Notes under the pieces: generated by a model
Database searches by the model: none
What the model saw: only the letters and a program-made list of their open reading frames with translations
Told to the model about the DNA's origin: nothing
In this document: in pieces, positions 35,135 through 49,493 of the stretch
How positions within the stretch are numbered: position 1 is the stretch's first letter
Layout: each line of letters starts with the position of its first letter
Source of the DNA: Octopus sinensis
Taxonomy: Eukaryota
Assembly (NCBI RefSeq): GCF_006345805.1
Contig: NW_021834317.1
Coordinates: 1-50,106 of the forward strand
Direction of reading: 5' to 3'
DNA length: 50,106 nucleotides
Position numbers and translations under genes: made by a program

Positions 35135-36764
35135 TCCAGTGATAATCATAAAAGTTCCTTTAGAGAACCAGGATACAAACCACATAGTAAACCAATACAT
35201 AGGACAATAATGTAGAGCCCTATGCAGTTGGAATCCAGTAAATCCGATCGGTGAAGTTTATTTCATGGGGAGAATATGGAGTGTAAAGCAAGTCAGTAGG
35301 TATGAGATGAATATAATTATTTCATCTCGTACCCCTGCCTTTCTTTATATTCTCTACCTCTCTCTCTCTCTCTCTCTATCTCTATCTCTATCTCTCTCAC
35401 ACACACACACACTCACTCTCTCTCACTCTCCCCCTCTCTATGTATATATATTGTAAACAAAAAACGTAGTGTATAGATGTACAGTGAATTCTGAAGGTAA
35501 GAATTACTTTTACATCGGTGCTACGCAAAGCTATATCAAAAAATGTATCTCTAATCACAATTATGCATTTAATAATAAAAATAAGTCGTCTTAGTAAATT
35601 TATTTGGGACTTAAAGGACAAGATTAAAATGTTTACTGTGGAGTGAGAATTAATAATAATAAGCAGGGCTGGTCCCTATAAAATTGGCAATGCCTTTTGT
35701 TTTCCTTGCATAGAAGAATTACACGAAATCTTAAATTCCAAATGTAGGCTCCTAACCACAAGGAGGGAGAGTAGATTATCTTGTGCTCACGCCTATAAAC
35801 ATGTTTTCAAAAACTAGCATTAAATAAAATGTAATAGTTACCAGGACTATAAATTTAGGCGGTATCTCAGGATTTATATACTAACAATTATAACTATAAA
35901 GATTAGGTCATTCTTAGTAGATATCATATCAATATTAAAATATAAAATAAAGGGCAAATATGAACATGAAGTTTTATTTACAGGCAACTGTATTATATAA
36001 GTGTTAAAAGTATTTTAATTTAAGTACGTATCTTAGGAATTTGTGATCAATATGTTTAAAAAAATAATTGGTAATCTTAAGTTAAAGATACTACGTATTA
36101 ATTCAATGGTGGTTTTAATTCTTATTAATTTCACTAATTTTGATTTGTTGACGTTAGAGCTTTCCTCAATTAAGCTCATGATTATCCTACTCACACTATT
36201 ATGTAAACAAATATATTGTGCACAAATATTGATGACGTAATATTCAGCTATGGTAATTAGTAAGCAGTTCTGATTCGTAATCGTCTAGTAGCTTTCAACA
36301 AATTAAGACACACACGCACAAATACGTAACGAAAAAATTACATGTACGTAACTATGGTTTTTCAAATAAAAAATTATAATAACAATAATTTATTATTTAA
36401 CTGTAATTTCTAGATTGCACCTGGGTGACTTATAATTAAATTTCTTAACTGATTAAATACTTTAATGACATTTCGATCTATCATAAGTAAAAATATAATT
36501 TAGGAATGATGGTTTTTTAACTTTTAGTTTAAAGTAATCGTATCGAAATATCGTTTAAGCTATTTTGTTTTTATTTTTATGAACACATTACACGCGCGCA
36601 CGCACAAACGCATTAAAGACGTTTCAATTTACATATACATAAGTAACGATTTTCTTTTAAATACATTGGATGCTGAAACGCACATATCTGAGTCTATCAA
36701 GGGTCAACAACACATCGGAATGTAGCTCCTGATAAAATATCCAAATAACAATATTCGATATGAA

Positions 36765-36812
36765 AATTTAATTTAATTTAATTTAATTTAATTTAATTTA
36801 ATTTAATTTAAT
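36765..36812. repeat. (AATTT)n pentanucleotide repeat
   Basis: Read directly from the sequence. Confidence 0.95.
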
Positions 36813-37124
36813 TTTTCAAATTGATCCATTTGGGAATGGAAACAATTGTAGGTGAAACTGAGTTTGATATTGTTCAGAATTGTATTATGTTCAAGTAAAT
36901 TTATGTCTATATGTTAGTTTCTCCGTTTCCCTCATCTCTCTCTCTCTCTCTCTCTTTCTCTCATCTCTCTCTCTCTCTCTTTCTCTCACACGCATATGTT
37001 TATACATTTATCAATTCAAATAAACAAACAATTCAAATAAACGAAGAAAATACGAAGAAAAAACAACGAACGTGAGGACGTGCACAAGAAGTATATTAGC
37101 TTGACGCTCGGTAAAAAGAGAGAG

Positions 37125-37157
37125 TTTGACGTTTCGAGCATAGCCCTTCGTCGGAAA
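37125..37157 (-). ncRNA. Minimal hammerhead-like motif, CCGACGA core variant
   Basis: Minus strand TTT-CCGACGA-A-GGGC-TAT-GCTC-GAAAC-GTC-AAA. Confidence 0.5.
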
Positions 37158-37653
37158 GAAGGAAGGGAAAAGTTCTATATATACATATATATATAGTTAA
37201 ATCGAATGTTAAAAGTTGAGCAATCGAATATTAAGAATAACAATAACAAAACAAGAGGACGTACGCTTGGAATGTATTAGATTCGCGCTCGGTAAAAGTG
37301 GGAAAAAGAGAAGAAAGAGTGGATTTTTAACGTTTCGAGTATTGCCGTGCTGTGTCAATAAATATCGGAAGATGAAAATTTGTCTCAACGGCGACCAGTA
37401 AGAATGCTAGATATTTGTTGCCTCCGATATAGGAACTCGTTAATAATACATTCACTGATATTGCCAACAGCTGCCGGGCTGAATGAATAATTTGGTGAAT
37501 GCAAATGAAGCAGTATTTAATTAAAATAGACATCTCTGTATCAGATTTAATGTATATAATCACAGGCAAGTAATTTACTGCGGTTATTGTCTTAGATAAA
37601 ATCGATAATGGATGAGCAGTGTTTAAAAATGCAACATATTGGAGGAAAACAAA

Positions 37654-37795
37654 GCAGCGAGGCGGCAGAATCGTTAACACGCCGGGTAGAATGCTTGGCA
37701 GTATTTCGTCCGTCTTTATGTTCTGAGTTCAAATTTCGACGCGGTCGACTTTCCCTTTCAACCTTTCCGGGGTCTATAAAATAAGAACCATTTGA
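37654..37795 (+). mobile_element. SINE family A, diverged and truncated
   Basis: Family A head and middle inside the spacer of the inverted repeat. Confidence 0.8.
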
Positions 37796-38108
37796 CAACT
37801 GGACCAAGTTCAGTTCTTACTCGAAGCTATTTCAATTACTGCAGCAATATTTTCAAAAAAAAAACTAAGGAGGTAAGCTGACAAAATTGTTACTCTGCCG
37901 GACAAAACATTAGCGGTATTTCGACCAACAAATATCTAGCATTCTTACTGGTCGCCGTTGAGACAAATTTTCATCTTCCGATATTTATTGACACAGCACG
38001 GCAATAAGATGTGGTGACGATGGGCTCTTCTTGATGCAGATGTTCAGAGAGCTGATATATACACGCGCTGTTCGTAAAATTGTTCCTTCTCTGGACTTCT
38101 CTGTTTTC

Positions 38109-38143
38109 TTTTCTGACGAAGAGCTATACTCGAAACGTTAAAA
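38109..38143 (+). ncRNA. Minimal hammerhead-like motif
   Basis: TTTT-CTGACGA-A-GAG-CTATA-CTC-GAAAC-GTT-AAAA. Confidence 0.55.
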
Positions 38144-39712
38144 ATCCACTCTTTCTTCTCTTTTTTTCCACTTTTACCGAGCGCGAATCTAATACATTCC
38201 AAGCGTACGTCCTCTTGTTTTGTTATTGTTATTCTTAATATTCGATTGCTCAAATTTTAACATTCGATTTGACTATATATATATATGTTCAAATTCTATA
38301 AATTTCCCGTCCGTAAATTTTCGTTCTGTTTTCCTGTTTACTTTGCTGTCGTCTAACTTTTTCTCCTTGTGTTCTGTCTGTTCCATGGATCAACCCTTGA
38401 TCCATGTAGCGCAACGCACACCCTGTTTGTTAACCTCATTATAAAATGTATTCCTTGGATATTTATTGCGCGACTCTTAATTCTCTCTCTCTTCCTCTAT
38501 CTCTTTCTCCCCACTTACTCTCTCTTTCCACCCATGCTGCCTCCCTTATACCTTTCTCTTCTCTCTCTCTCTCTCTTTCTTTTTTATTCTGTATCTCGCC
38601 CTCTCTCCGTCCCCCTTTTCCTCTTACTCCATCTCTTTCTCCCCACATACTCTCTCTTTCCGCCCTTGCTTGCCTCCCTTGTAACTTTCTCTTCCCTCTT
38701 TCCAATCCATCTGCTCCTTCGTTCTTTCTCTCTCTTTCTCTCTCTCTTTTTCTCTCTCTTTTTCTCTCTCTCTCTCTCACTCTTTCCTTCTCAACACTTC
38801 CTCTTCTCTACCACGTGACTGGTGTCCGGCGAAGGCGGTATTCTTTTTCGCCCCGCCTTTAGCCAGACTGGTCATGATGGTCTGGGCTCCTGCTGCGTCC
38901 TCTAGGATAAAACTCCAATTCATCTTTGCACAACCCCACTAAGTTCGTTCCATAGCTGCAATTACTATTTTTTCTTCGGTTGTACATAGCCGTAAAGCTT
39001 TGTGTTGTTATATATGCATAATTCTTTGTCTGTAATTATAAAATGTCTTGTTTGTTTCTCTCTTAGCATACATTCGCTAGCTTTTTCCCCAGTAACTTAA
39101 TAATAGCATTGACGTCTCCAAAATTGAGTAGTCTCAATGGTAATGGCGTGAAACCACTATGATATTTTGGGTCATTCACTGACGAGGAAAACTCAGCTGC
39201 GAATATTCTGTGTATCGTGTCTTTATCTCAATTTCCCGTCCGTTAAGGTTTCGTCTAGTTTCCCGTTTCTGTTCAACCCGTGATATGTATGTATGTATAT
39301 ATATATATATATATATGAAATTTAATATACGCAATTACTAAAGTGTTACTAGTAGTTTCATGCTTTAAGATTCATTAAACTGGCAGATTTACCTAACATA
39401 CCATCTGTCTCCAAGCAATGTTTCAGGTTCAGTTCATAACGTTTGATGCAGTTAAAAACCAGGACACTGCCCTATGACAAAAGATGAGCACGAACGACGT
39501 GAAGAAGCTTGATGCAAAAAGTAGGACGAAAAAAAGAAAAAGAAAAGTAATTCAGAAAACCAAGATCTTTGTCGTTTTGACTGCAGTAATCACAATTAAT
39601 GTGGCTGGTGCTGAATATTATAACGGAAGAGAGGCCAAAGTCTGTGAGATAGGTACTCAATTATGAACGGATGGTGTCTTCCAGTTCGCCAAAAGAAATT
39701 TGTCCATATATA

Positions 39713-40112
39713 GGCGCAGGAGTGGCTGTGTGGTAAGTAGTTTTCTAACCAATCACATGGTTCCGGGTTCAGTCCCACTGCGTGGCATCTTGGGCAAGTG
39801 TCTTCTGCTATAGCCCCGGGCCGACCAATGCCTTGTGAGTGGATTTGGTAGACGGAAACTGAAAGAAGCCTGTCGTATATATGTATATGTATATATATGT
39901 ATGTGTGTGTTTGTGTGTCTGTGTTTGTCCCCCTAGCATTGCTTGACAACCGATGCTGGTGTGTTTACGTCCTCGTCACTTAGCGGTTCGGCAAAAGAGA
40001 CCGATAGAATAAGTACTGGGCTTACAAAGAATAAGTCCCGGGGTCGATTTGCTCGACTAAAGGCGGTGCTCCAGCATGGCCGCAGTCAAATGACTGAAAC
40101 AAATAAAAAAAA
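39713..40112 (+). mobile_element. SINE family B, full length
   Basis: Near-consensus copy. Confidence 0.93.
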
Positions 40113-40426
40113 CAATATATATATATATATATATATTTGTAAAAAATGAAGTTCGAAAATGCTGCTATATTATACAATTTTTAATTTTTATATATACATT
40201 ATAACATGTTTCAGTTCCTGAAATGGACCTTATCAAAAAAAGTTATATATAAAAAAAGACAGCTCATGCCGTCAAACACAAGAAATTCATTTATAATACA
40301 CAACGGAGTCAGACATCTTAGAGTTCATGTATAGTTGATATATAGTTTGAAGTAAGTTCATTCATGCTATATGTTCAAAGTGTTCGATGCAGTGGCCCAC
40401 GGTGGCGATACGTATTCAATACAAAA

Positions 40427-40478
<52 letters not shown>

Positions 40479-40481
40479 TAG

Positions 40482-40527
<46 letters not shown>

Positions 40528-40888
40528 GCTAAACATTTCTCATCTGGAATAAAGTGGTGTGGTGGAATTCTTGGCCTGAAAGACTGTTTGGAGATAGAAG
40601 GCATGTTATATAAATCTGCCAATTTAATGTATCTTAAAGCATGAAACTATTAGTAGCTCATATTTAATTAATGTGTATATTAAAAATTATATTTATATTT
40701 CACTGGATGGAATACCTTTTTGTTGTTTCTACCTATAATGGAACTGTAAACTATGTATATACATATATATGTACGTATGTATGTATGTATGTATGTATGT
40801 ATGTATGTATGTATGTATGTATGTATGTATAATATATACATATATATATATATTATATATATATACATATATAATATATGTTATATAT

Positions 40889-40999
<111 letters not shown>

Positions 41000-41087
41000 T
41001 AGTTTAAAATTTACAGAAAACAAAACATGAGGACAGTTGTAGGAACAAGCAGGTATATTAGGTTCACACTCGAGGAGAATGGAAAAG

Positions 41088-41125
41088 CCTTTTATGTTTC
41101 GAGCCTACGCTCTTCGACAGAAAGG
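41088..41125 (-). ncRNA. Hammerhead-like motif with core deviations
   Basis: Minus strand CCTTT-CTGTCGA-A-GAGC-GTAG-GCTC-GAAAC-ATA-AAAGG; the stems are good but the core reads CUGUCGA. Confidence 0.35.
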
Positions 41126-41498
41126 ATTAAAAGGGAAAACAAAACAAAGAAAGAATGAAAAAATACGGAGTGAGAAAATAATATGTAGAGAAAAAACGTA
41201 TATATATATATATATATATATAGTCAAATATATATATACAGTCAAAAATTGTGAAGCATGACTGTCACTACTACTACATGAACCTGAAGATTGCATAATT
41301 TAATGCATGAAAGTACTAGTTCAATCAGAATGAACATTTAACATTCTACTATTTTATTTTATTCTATTATATTATATTATCTTATGTTATATCATAATAA
41401 GATTGTAAATAAAACGTGAAAATCAGACAAGGTTGGAATTCCTTTTATTAATATATTCTTCTATACACAATCACACACACCCGTATATATATGTATAA

Positions 41499-41583
<85 letters not shown>

Positions 41584-41689
41584 GCAAGTATGTACGTATG
41601 TATATATATAGCTTTCTTACAAAGAGGTCTAATGCTCTTAGCTTCTCAGTCGAAAGACACCTGTTGTTATTTCTTGTTTGTATTCGTAA

Positions 41690-41900
41690 TTATGTACCAT
41701 GTTCTCTGTTTTTGTCTTTGTTGCCGTACGCATTCGCTAGCTTTCTTACAAAGGTGTCTAATGCTCTTACCTTAGACTTTTTGCGGGGCAACCAGATCGA
41801 ACCGTCTCAAGTGTAACTGCCCGAAATGCTCATGACTTCTAATACTTGACTGAAGAAAGAGGGCTACGAATGACCCGTCTTTTTTTGCCTGTCCTTCTAA
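41690..41900 (+). repeat. Diverged GACTGAAGA-core repeat, homolog of 2570-2830
   Basis: Shared colinear blocks; a 30-bp direct repeat lies at 41611-41640 and 41740-41769 (28/30 identical). Confidence 0.55.
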
Positions 41901-41993
41901 TTGTTATTTCTCTTCTCCGCCTTTGTATCGTCTATCTGTCCGAATGTTTTATTGTACTCTATTGCGTTTTTGCTTACTTTATATATATATATA

Positions 41994-42089
<96 letters not shown>

Positions 42090-42093
42090 TATA

Positions 42094-43194
42094 TCCAACA
42101 TTAGTGAAGAAGATATAATACTAGCAATAGATAAAGTGGACACGAATTCAGCTTCTGTCCCTGTTGGTTTCCTAGCAATCCTCCTAAAATCGTTTAAACA
42201 TGGCAAGCTCCCAAGCAAACTGAAGGAGGGATTAATATGCCCAATCCATAAAGGATGAAGCAGAGCAGATGCCAAAAATTATAGGTCTATCTCTCTGACT
42301 TCACACATCAGCAAAGTCATGGAACGAATAGTCAGAGGGAAACAAATTGCTGAGTGATACCCAGCATGGTTTTCGACCAGGTAGGAGCTACATGACCCAA
42401 CTCCTATAGTACTATGACTGGGTATTGATGCAGTTACTCGCCAACTCAAATGTGGACATAATATACCTTGACTTTGAAAAAGCTGTTGATAAAGTTGATC
42501 ATGATATGATATGCCACAAACTGCGTGACCTTGGCATAGCTGGAAAACTTGGAGAGTGGTTACATGACTTTATGAAAGATAGAAATCAGGTAATGGAGCC
42601 ACCTCAAAGAAAACACAAATAGTGAGTGGTGTTCCACAGGGTACTGCCTTGGGACCACTTTTCATAGCGGCCCTCTCAGATATGCCTTCAACTGCCCAGA
42701 TAGCTACCCTTGCTAGCTATGCAGACGATATGAAAGTCTCACAGAAAATACAAAACCCTAGCAATGTTGCACGCTTGCAGCAGGAATTCGACGCAAATTA
42801 CAGATGATCTGAGGACAATAATATGCAGTTTAATGCTGGAAAATTCCAAGCCCTATGCTATCAGCGCCCAAAACTGAACAAAAAACTTACAGGGTACACT
42901 GGCCCACAGGAGATTACAATCCCAGAGCCTAAATCAGTGTGGGACCTGGGTATCGATATGAGTGATGATACCTCTTTCCAAGTGTACTTTACCAAGATGG
43001 TGAAAAAGTGCAGACAGCTGGCTGGATCCCGAGAACCTTCAGAACCAGAGGGAAGGAAAACATGATGGTTCTCTGGAGGACATTCGTCCTCAGTCGCCTT
43101 GACTACTACTCTCAACTATGGTCACGAAACAGTGTAAAATTAACAGCGGTGCCCTAGCATGGCTGCAGCTTTGAGCTGTAACTGATAAAAAAAA
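42094..43194 (+). mobile_element. CR1-clade LINE RT relic with 3' tail
   Basis: ICPIHKG, NYRSISLTSHISKVMER, QHGFRPGRS, IYLDFEKAVDKVDH, SGVPQGTALGP, SYADD and WDLGI. After an internal deletion it ends in a hairpin tail and a short poly(A). Confidence 0.9.
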
Positions 43195-43229
43195 CGGTTT
43201 TACATAGGGTAAATCTGTTTGAAAGTTGT

Positions 43230-43380
43230 GGTTTCTTTGGTATGTTTTTTTTCCCAAACAACACTTATTTTAGTGCTGCTGATACCGCTGGATTGAATGG
43301 TACTACCCAAGTATCGAAACCATAATGATATCCGTGGGGCAGCTGATGATGGAGGTACGTTGGATTGTTGGTATGGCTGT
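43230..43380 (-). mobile_element. Small LINE RT relic
   Basis: FRYLGSTIQSSG matches the F-YLGS late-RT motif. Confidence 0.4.
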
Positions 43381-43596
43381 TTTTGTATATGTGGAATAGT
43401 ATTATAACACATCCTTTATATATATATATATATATCAAAACACCAGACATATTTGCTTGACAGGGAGGGAGACAGAGAAGCAGGCAGAACAGGCAGACAG
43501 ACAGGCAAATAGATCTGCTTGTGGATATATTTAAGTCGATATATGTATGTTTGTATGTATGTACGTATGTATACATATATGTATGTATATCTATAT

Positions 43597-43628
<32 letters not shown>

Positions 43629-43969
43629 CACACACACACACACACATACACACACACAGAATCACCCATACGCATACACATATTAATATGGACGTTTTTC
43701 AATTACATGAAGACCGCCAACATTTCCCTGATTAAAACCCTGAGTACAGGTAAATATGTATTTGTAAGGTAAATTGATATATTTGCCAAAATATAGCGAT
43801 GTATACAAAGCATCTTTCGGAATCAGTTTCTCGAACTATCAGCTTCGGTTCATATCAGTCTATCTAGCGTGTGTGTGAATGTATGTACGTATATGTGTGT
43901 GTCTATGTGTACGTATGCATGTCTATACACATACACAAAGACACAAAAATACACACACATATATATATA

Positions 43970-44080
43970 CAGTCGTGGCCAAAAGTTTGGAACATTTTTA
44001 GTACTTAAAATTGCTATGCAAAAGTACAATTCGATTAACATATATAACAAGATAGAGATGCAAATTTTTAGCCACGACTG
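43970..44080. mobile_element. Tc1-like MITE (111 bp)
   Basis: TIRs CAGTCGTGGCCAAAA and TTTTAGCCACGACTG, with TA on both sides. Confidence 0.85.
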
Positions 44081-44239
44081 TACATATATACATATGTATA
44101 TAGACATATATATTTTTTCTTTATACACACATGCACACGTATATATATAGATGCACATACAAGTACATATACTCGTATATGTATATATGCATACATACAT
44201 ACATACATACATACATATACATGCATACATGCTCACACA

Positions 44240-44420
44240 GTGCAGGTGGTTTCGATTCCTGGACCGAGTGATTGTGTTCTTGAGCAAAACACTGCAGTCC
44301 ACTTAACTGGCGAAAGTGAGTTATCTTGCATCGGGCCGGCGCTCCGTTCTGGGTGGTGGAATATATAAGCTACAAAATCCAGAGAACCGGCATTAAGAGG
44401 CTACGGCCCTAGAAGGACTT
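44240..44420 (+). mobile_element. SINE related to family D, diverged
   Basis: GGTTTCGATTCC (B-box-like), then TGTGTTCTTGAGCAAAACAC (CORE-like). Confidence 0.55.
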
Positions 44421-44532
44421 TTAATCTTTCTGTATTATATATATATGCATATATATATATAAATATATATATATATATGTTATCCCATGGTGGGTTGAAT
44501 TTTCAACCCCTATCTCATTTTATAAATAAATC

Positions 44533-44591
<59 letters not shown>

Positions 44592-44940
44592 GGTGAAAGA
44601 GTTGGTATGTGAAAGCACGTGGTTGGATGTATAAAAGACAAAATAGATTGAAAAAACAACAGAAGGCTTTTGTTATATGGTTAAAGAATATGTTTAAATT
44701 ATCATGTTGGAAAAATGTTAGAAACTTTTGCGTGTAGTAACATTGTTTTGGGAGAAATAAACGGTTTGGTATTTTTTTTCAAATTTCTTTACCTATACTG
44801 TGTCATCGCTTCGCTATGTTGTAAAATATGGAGTTCCAGACAAGGGAATGACTACGTTTTATTAATTTAACATAATTTGATTTAGAAAGAATAGAATGTC
44901 ACAAGTGGTTAGGTTTTACTATATATTTTTTCAATGAAGA

Positions 44941-45635
44941 TTTAACGATTACGGAATCAGATAAAGGAAGTGCAGTGGTAATAATGGACACATTATACTA
45001 TAGAAATCTGGTAATCTCCATGCTTAATGACAGTCAACATTACGAAAAAATCACAAACTACACCCCGCAAAAAAATAATGAAATACCCTGTCCTCATTAA
45101 GTAAAACCCAAGGAAAAGAACTGATAACCAAAGAAATTGACATTTTAACAAACTTTAAATGCAAACCTAGCCTTTTCTACGGTCCATCAAAAATCCACAA
45201 AAGCCAGATTATAAATGAAACCATAAAAAAAAAAATCACCAAAGACGTACATACATACACCAAACCCAGGGGACCCATTATAGCTGGCCCAGCCTGTGAA
45301 ACACACAGACTAAGTCTTTTTATGGACATCCTCCTGAAACACTTCCTTAAACACATCAATAGTCATAGAAGCAATTCAGTTCTGGCTGGACCAATTTTCC
45401 GGACGAAATATCAGAAAGGATCCGCAAAGAATTCATAATTGAATCGCTTGGATTCATCTTACGAAACAACCACTTCATGTTTCACAGTACGTTTTATCGA
45501 CAAAAATCCGGAATTGCCATGGGCACTAGGGCAGCCCCGGTCATTGCAAACCTAAAATGGGCTATCTGGAAATGATAATACACCAGGAATCTATATCTAC
45601 CTTTGGAAACCCCCTTTCCCAATACATAAAAGAAA
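44941..45635 (+). mobile_element. Penelope-like RT relic
   Basis: SDKGSAVVIMD, FYGPSKIHK, PIIAGPACET and NNHFMF...YRQKSGIAMGTRAAPVIANL are diagnostic PLE RT motifs. Confidence 0.88.
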
Positions 45636-45639
45636 ATTT

Positions 45640-46600
45640 CTGCAGCCGCCATGATGGTTTTACGCCAGAAATCGCCATCTTTCTACTCGTTACTCTTTTG
45701 TTTTCGGAATGATGTTAGTCTTCTTTACGTTGTTTCAGTTTACATTTGTCAAGTCATAGACGTTAATCGACGAGTCTTTTGCTAGCGCTGAATTCGTAAT
45801 AATGGACGCAGCAGGTAAACTTTATGCTATTTACAGATCGTACGTGGTCTGTTCATCTAAGCCGATATCAGATGATGGCGACGTCAGTTCTGTTGGCTTC
45901 ATTTTCGTCAAGAACTGCAATGTTTGGTGATGTGGTCATCGCTGAAAAGCATCCATTGATGAAAGCGTTCGATTTCACGCCTTGATGGTAGCGGATCAAT
46001 GTTTTGTACCAGTAGAGCAAGGTTTAAACAAGAGGAGTTTAATACATGAATCTGTTGCTTTAAGTTTTTGCATATGAAGAAGCGGTGGTGTAATCTTCTA
46101 AAAACAAGACATCCAGCTCGAATCCTTTTTTTCTAAATCGTTCCATGTGTTGCACTGAGGCGAGAAGATGCTCCCAAGATTAAAGATATGCTTTATTTGT
46201 TCCAGAGTGGTGTTCGAAATGATAATGCCAAAATCTGAAAACGTTGTTCTTCGAAGAGGTAGTGCAAACACTTTAGTTTCTGAATGTTGACGGCAGACCA
46301 GAGCGATCCGCTTGTGTTCTCGAACTTGTTAACCGACTGTTAGACCTCAAGAGCGGCAGTGCTTGCAAGGCTTTATCGTCTGCAGTTCTGTAATTTGTAT
46401 GACATTGGCCAGTCTTTTGAGGCGGGATTTAGACAGGAGAAAACTCATCCGACGAAGTATTAGCTGTTTTCCTTTCCAATGTTGTTCGTTGGTAGTTCGT
46501 GGAGTATGGCTACAGGGAGACGTGCGTTGGAGCATAAACACAATCGTGTTTCAAACCACTGGCGGTTGGAAACACTTCAAAGATGTGTTCTTTCCATTGG
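45640..46600 (-). mobile_element. RTE-clade RT relic adjoining the PLE relic
   Basis: SGLKHDCVYAPT (QG motif), SRLK...ITEL-ADD, LGSIFS...KRIRAGCLVFRRLHHR and ERFH across frameshifts. Confidence 0.8.
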
Positions 46601-46701
46601 ATTCATGTCCGATCACGTCCTTTGGATTACTTATAAACCACACACTTATAAACATATATTTATACGTAGGTATATTTATATACATATACTATGTGTGTAT
46701 G

Positions 46702-46732
<31 letters not shown>

Positions 46733-46759
46733 TCGCTTATGTATAAATGATATTATATA

Positions 46760-46790
<31 letters not shown>

Positions 46791-47289
46791 TTAGAGATAT
46801 AGAGATATAGATATAGATATATATGGGCGTAAATATATATGTATATGTATACATGTATATGATCATATGTACATATATACATGTATATATATATATTTAC
46901 GCATATGTGTGTGTGTATATATGTATATACATGTATGAATCTATATATACATACATACATACATACATACATACATACATACATACATACATACATACTA
47001 TATATATTATAATATATATATATATATATTATATATATATTATATATATATACATGAAAGCTATTTCCACAACTGCTAGTTTTATTATCTCCGTTACTAA
47101 AACAAACAAAAAAAGTACAATAATATGAAATAAAATCAACTATAATAACATATATAAAATTAATAATATTTTTGCAAAAATACATAAATCACATATATTC
47201 TTCTGTTTTGTAGACGTTATCTTTGTAAATTTGATTCTTGAGCAAGAAGTAACTCGCATTTGCAATTATCCATACATAATCACTTCTTC

Positions 47290-47553
47290 TTCATCTTATT
47301 ATTATCATTATTATCACTATTATCATCGTTTTTATTGTCATTGTTGTTATTATTCTTATCATTATTATTACTATTATTATTATCATTATTATTATTGTTA
47401 TTATTATTTTTGTGTTTCATAAACATTTTTAATGATGCTCTACATTAAAGTAGCGTGGGATGGGGGGGGGAGAGATATATGTTACATCATATTTATCTAG
47501 CTTACGTGGTTTTTGTGTTAAAAAGAAGAAAGAAAAAAAAAGATAATGACAGA

Positions 47554-47600
<47 letters not shown>

Positions 47601-47614
47601 TGATAATAATAGTA

Positions 47615-47662
<48 letters not shown>

Positions 47663-47698
47663 GTAATAATAATAATAATAATGATGATGATGATGATG

Positions 47699-47750
<52 letters not shown>

Positions 47751-47775
47751 TAATAATAATGATGATAATAATAAA
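47290..47775. repeat. (TAT/CAT)n and (AAT/GAT)n trinucleotide microsatellites
   Basis: Two tracts at about 47290-47410 and 47555-47775. Confidence 0.95.
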
Positions 47776-47999
47776 TGAAACGGGTTTATAGATTTACATC
47801 ATGTTCATTCGTAAATCTTCATCTGGCAATTTACAAAATAAAAAATAAAAAATTAAAATGGAATGAAATGAAATGAAGTAAAATAAAATATGGAAACCTG
47901 AAAAGGGAAAGTGTTAAAACAACGAATGGTCATTCGTATGGAGTATTACTTCAAAAATCCACGCCTTCAACACGTTACGTTACCACACCATAAAACAGG

Positions 48000-48051
48000 A
48001 TAGATGTGGTGTGTGTGTGTATGCGTGTGTGTGTACATATATATGTTTACG

Positions 48052-48084
<33 letters not shown>

Positions 48085-48512
48085 ATGTATATATATATAT
48101 ATATATTATATATATATATATATAATATATATATATATTATATATATATATTATATGTATTATATCTATATATTATATATATATATATATATATGTATAT
48201 GTATGTATGCTATAGGATATATTAAGACATTATAAATGTATACATACATATATATAGAAATATATATATATATATATCACACGTACTTTTATTCAAATAT
48301 ATAATATCGCATGCATAGATAATCTACCTATTATATACATACATATACATACGTATACATACACATACCACGCATATATATATACATACATACATACGTG
48401 TGTGTGTATGTATAATGTATATGTATATATATGTATATATAGATATATATATATATATATAGATATATATATATGTGTGTGTGTGTGTGCATATGTATAT
48501 ATATATATGTGT

Positions 48513-48561
<49 letters not shown>

Positions 48562-49075
48562 AATATATATATACATGTATATAATGCACTCGTACACGCA
48601 CGAACACAAACACATACACACAACCACATACACACAACCACATACACATGCATACATTGTCACCCACACATCCTCAGTTTCACCCAGATCCCCGCCCGCT
48701 AACTCCGCCTTTACTTCTAGCAATTGTTGGTGTTTTCTGCTAATTTTCTTTCTTGTTTATTTGGGTTCCTTTTTTTTTCTTTTTTTTTTTCCTTCCCAAT
48801 CTCTGTTATATTTCTACTGGAAGGGCATTAACGGGAGTAATGAGATATTAATTTAGGCAAACAACGCAATAATAAAAGCTGTTTGAAGCAAAGTTTTACA
48901 TTTAAAACAATATAAACACATTAAATTAAATAGTATACATCTATGTTTCTGTGTTTGTATATGTTTGTGGTTGTTTGAGAGCTTGTATGCTTCTCTGCTT
49001 CTTTGCGGTTTGTGTGCACACGTGTTGTATAGTACATCTATTTGTATGTGTGTATGTATGTGCCTACCTTTGTTT

Positions 49076-49148
<73 letters not shown>

Positions 49149-49424
49149 GTATGTATATATGTATATATGCACATTTATAAACGTATATGTATTTGCTATG
49201 TAGATACGTATCAATGTATATATATGCACGTATGCGTGTGCACATGGATATATTATATAGATATATTGATACATAATACATCCACATATGTACTCATATA
49301 TATATATATGTATATATATATGTTATATATATAATAATATATTTATATACTTATATGTATATATGTATAGCTACATACATATATATATGTTGTGTATATA
49401 AATATGCGTATGTGTATATATATA

Positions 49425-49493
<69 letters not shown>

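Larger units (their letters stand above)
37189..38285. repeat. Large inverted repeat with an interrupted right arm
   Basis: 37189-37342 pairs with 38126-38285, and 37341-37420 pairs with 37926-38006. Confidence 0.93.

Noticed and set aside
39484-39666. 60-aa ORF with a basic stretch followed by a hydrophobic stretch
   Set aside because: Short, no recognisable domain and no splice support; it could be an old LINE tail or chance.
43271-43353. Plus-strand exon candidate (TTTTAG acceptor, GAG|GTACGT donor)
   Set aside because: All three frames contain stops, and the minus strand carries a YLGS RT motif.
48685-48712. GC-box-like CCCCGCCC as a promoter
   Set aside because: An isolated short motif with no CpG island or linked exon.
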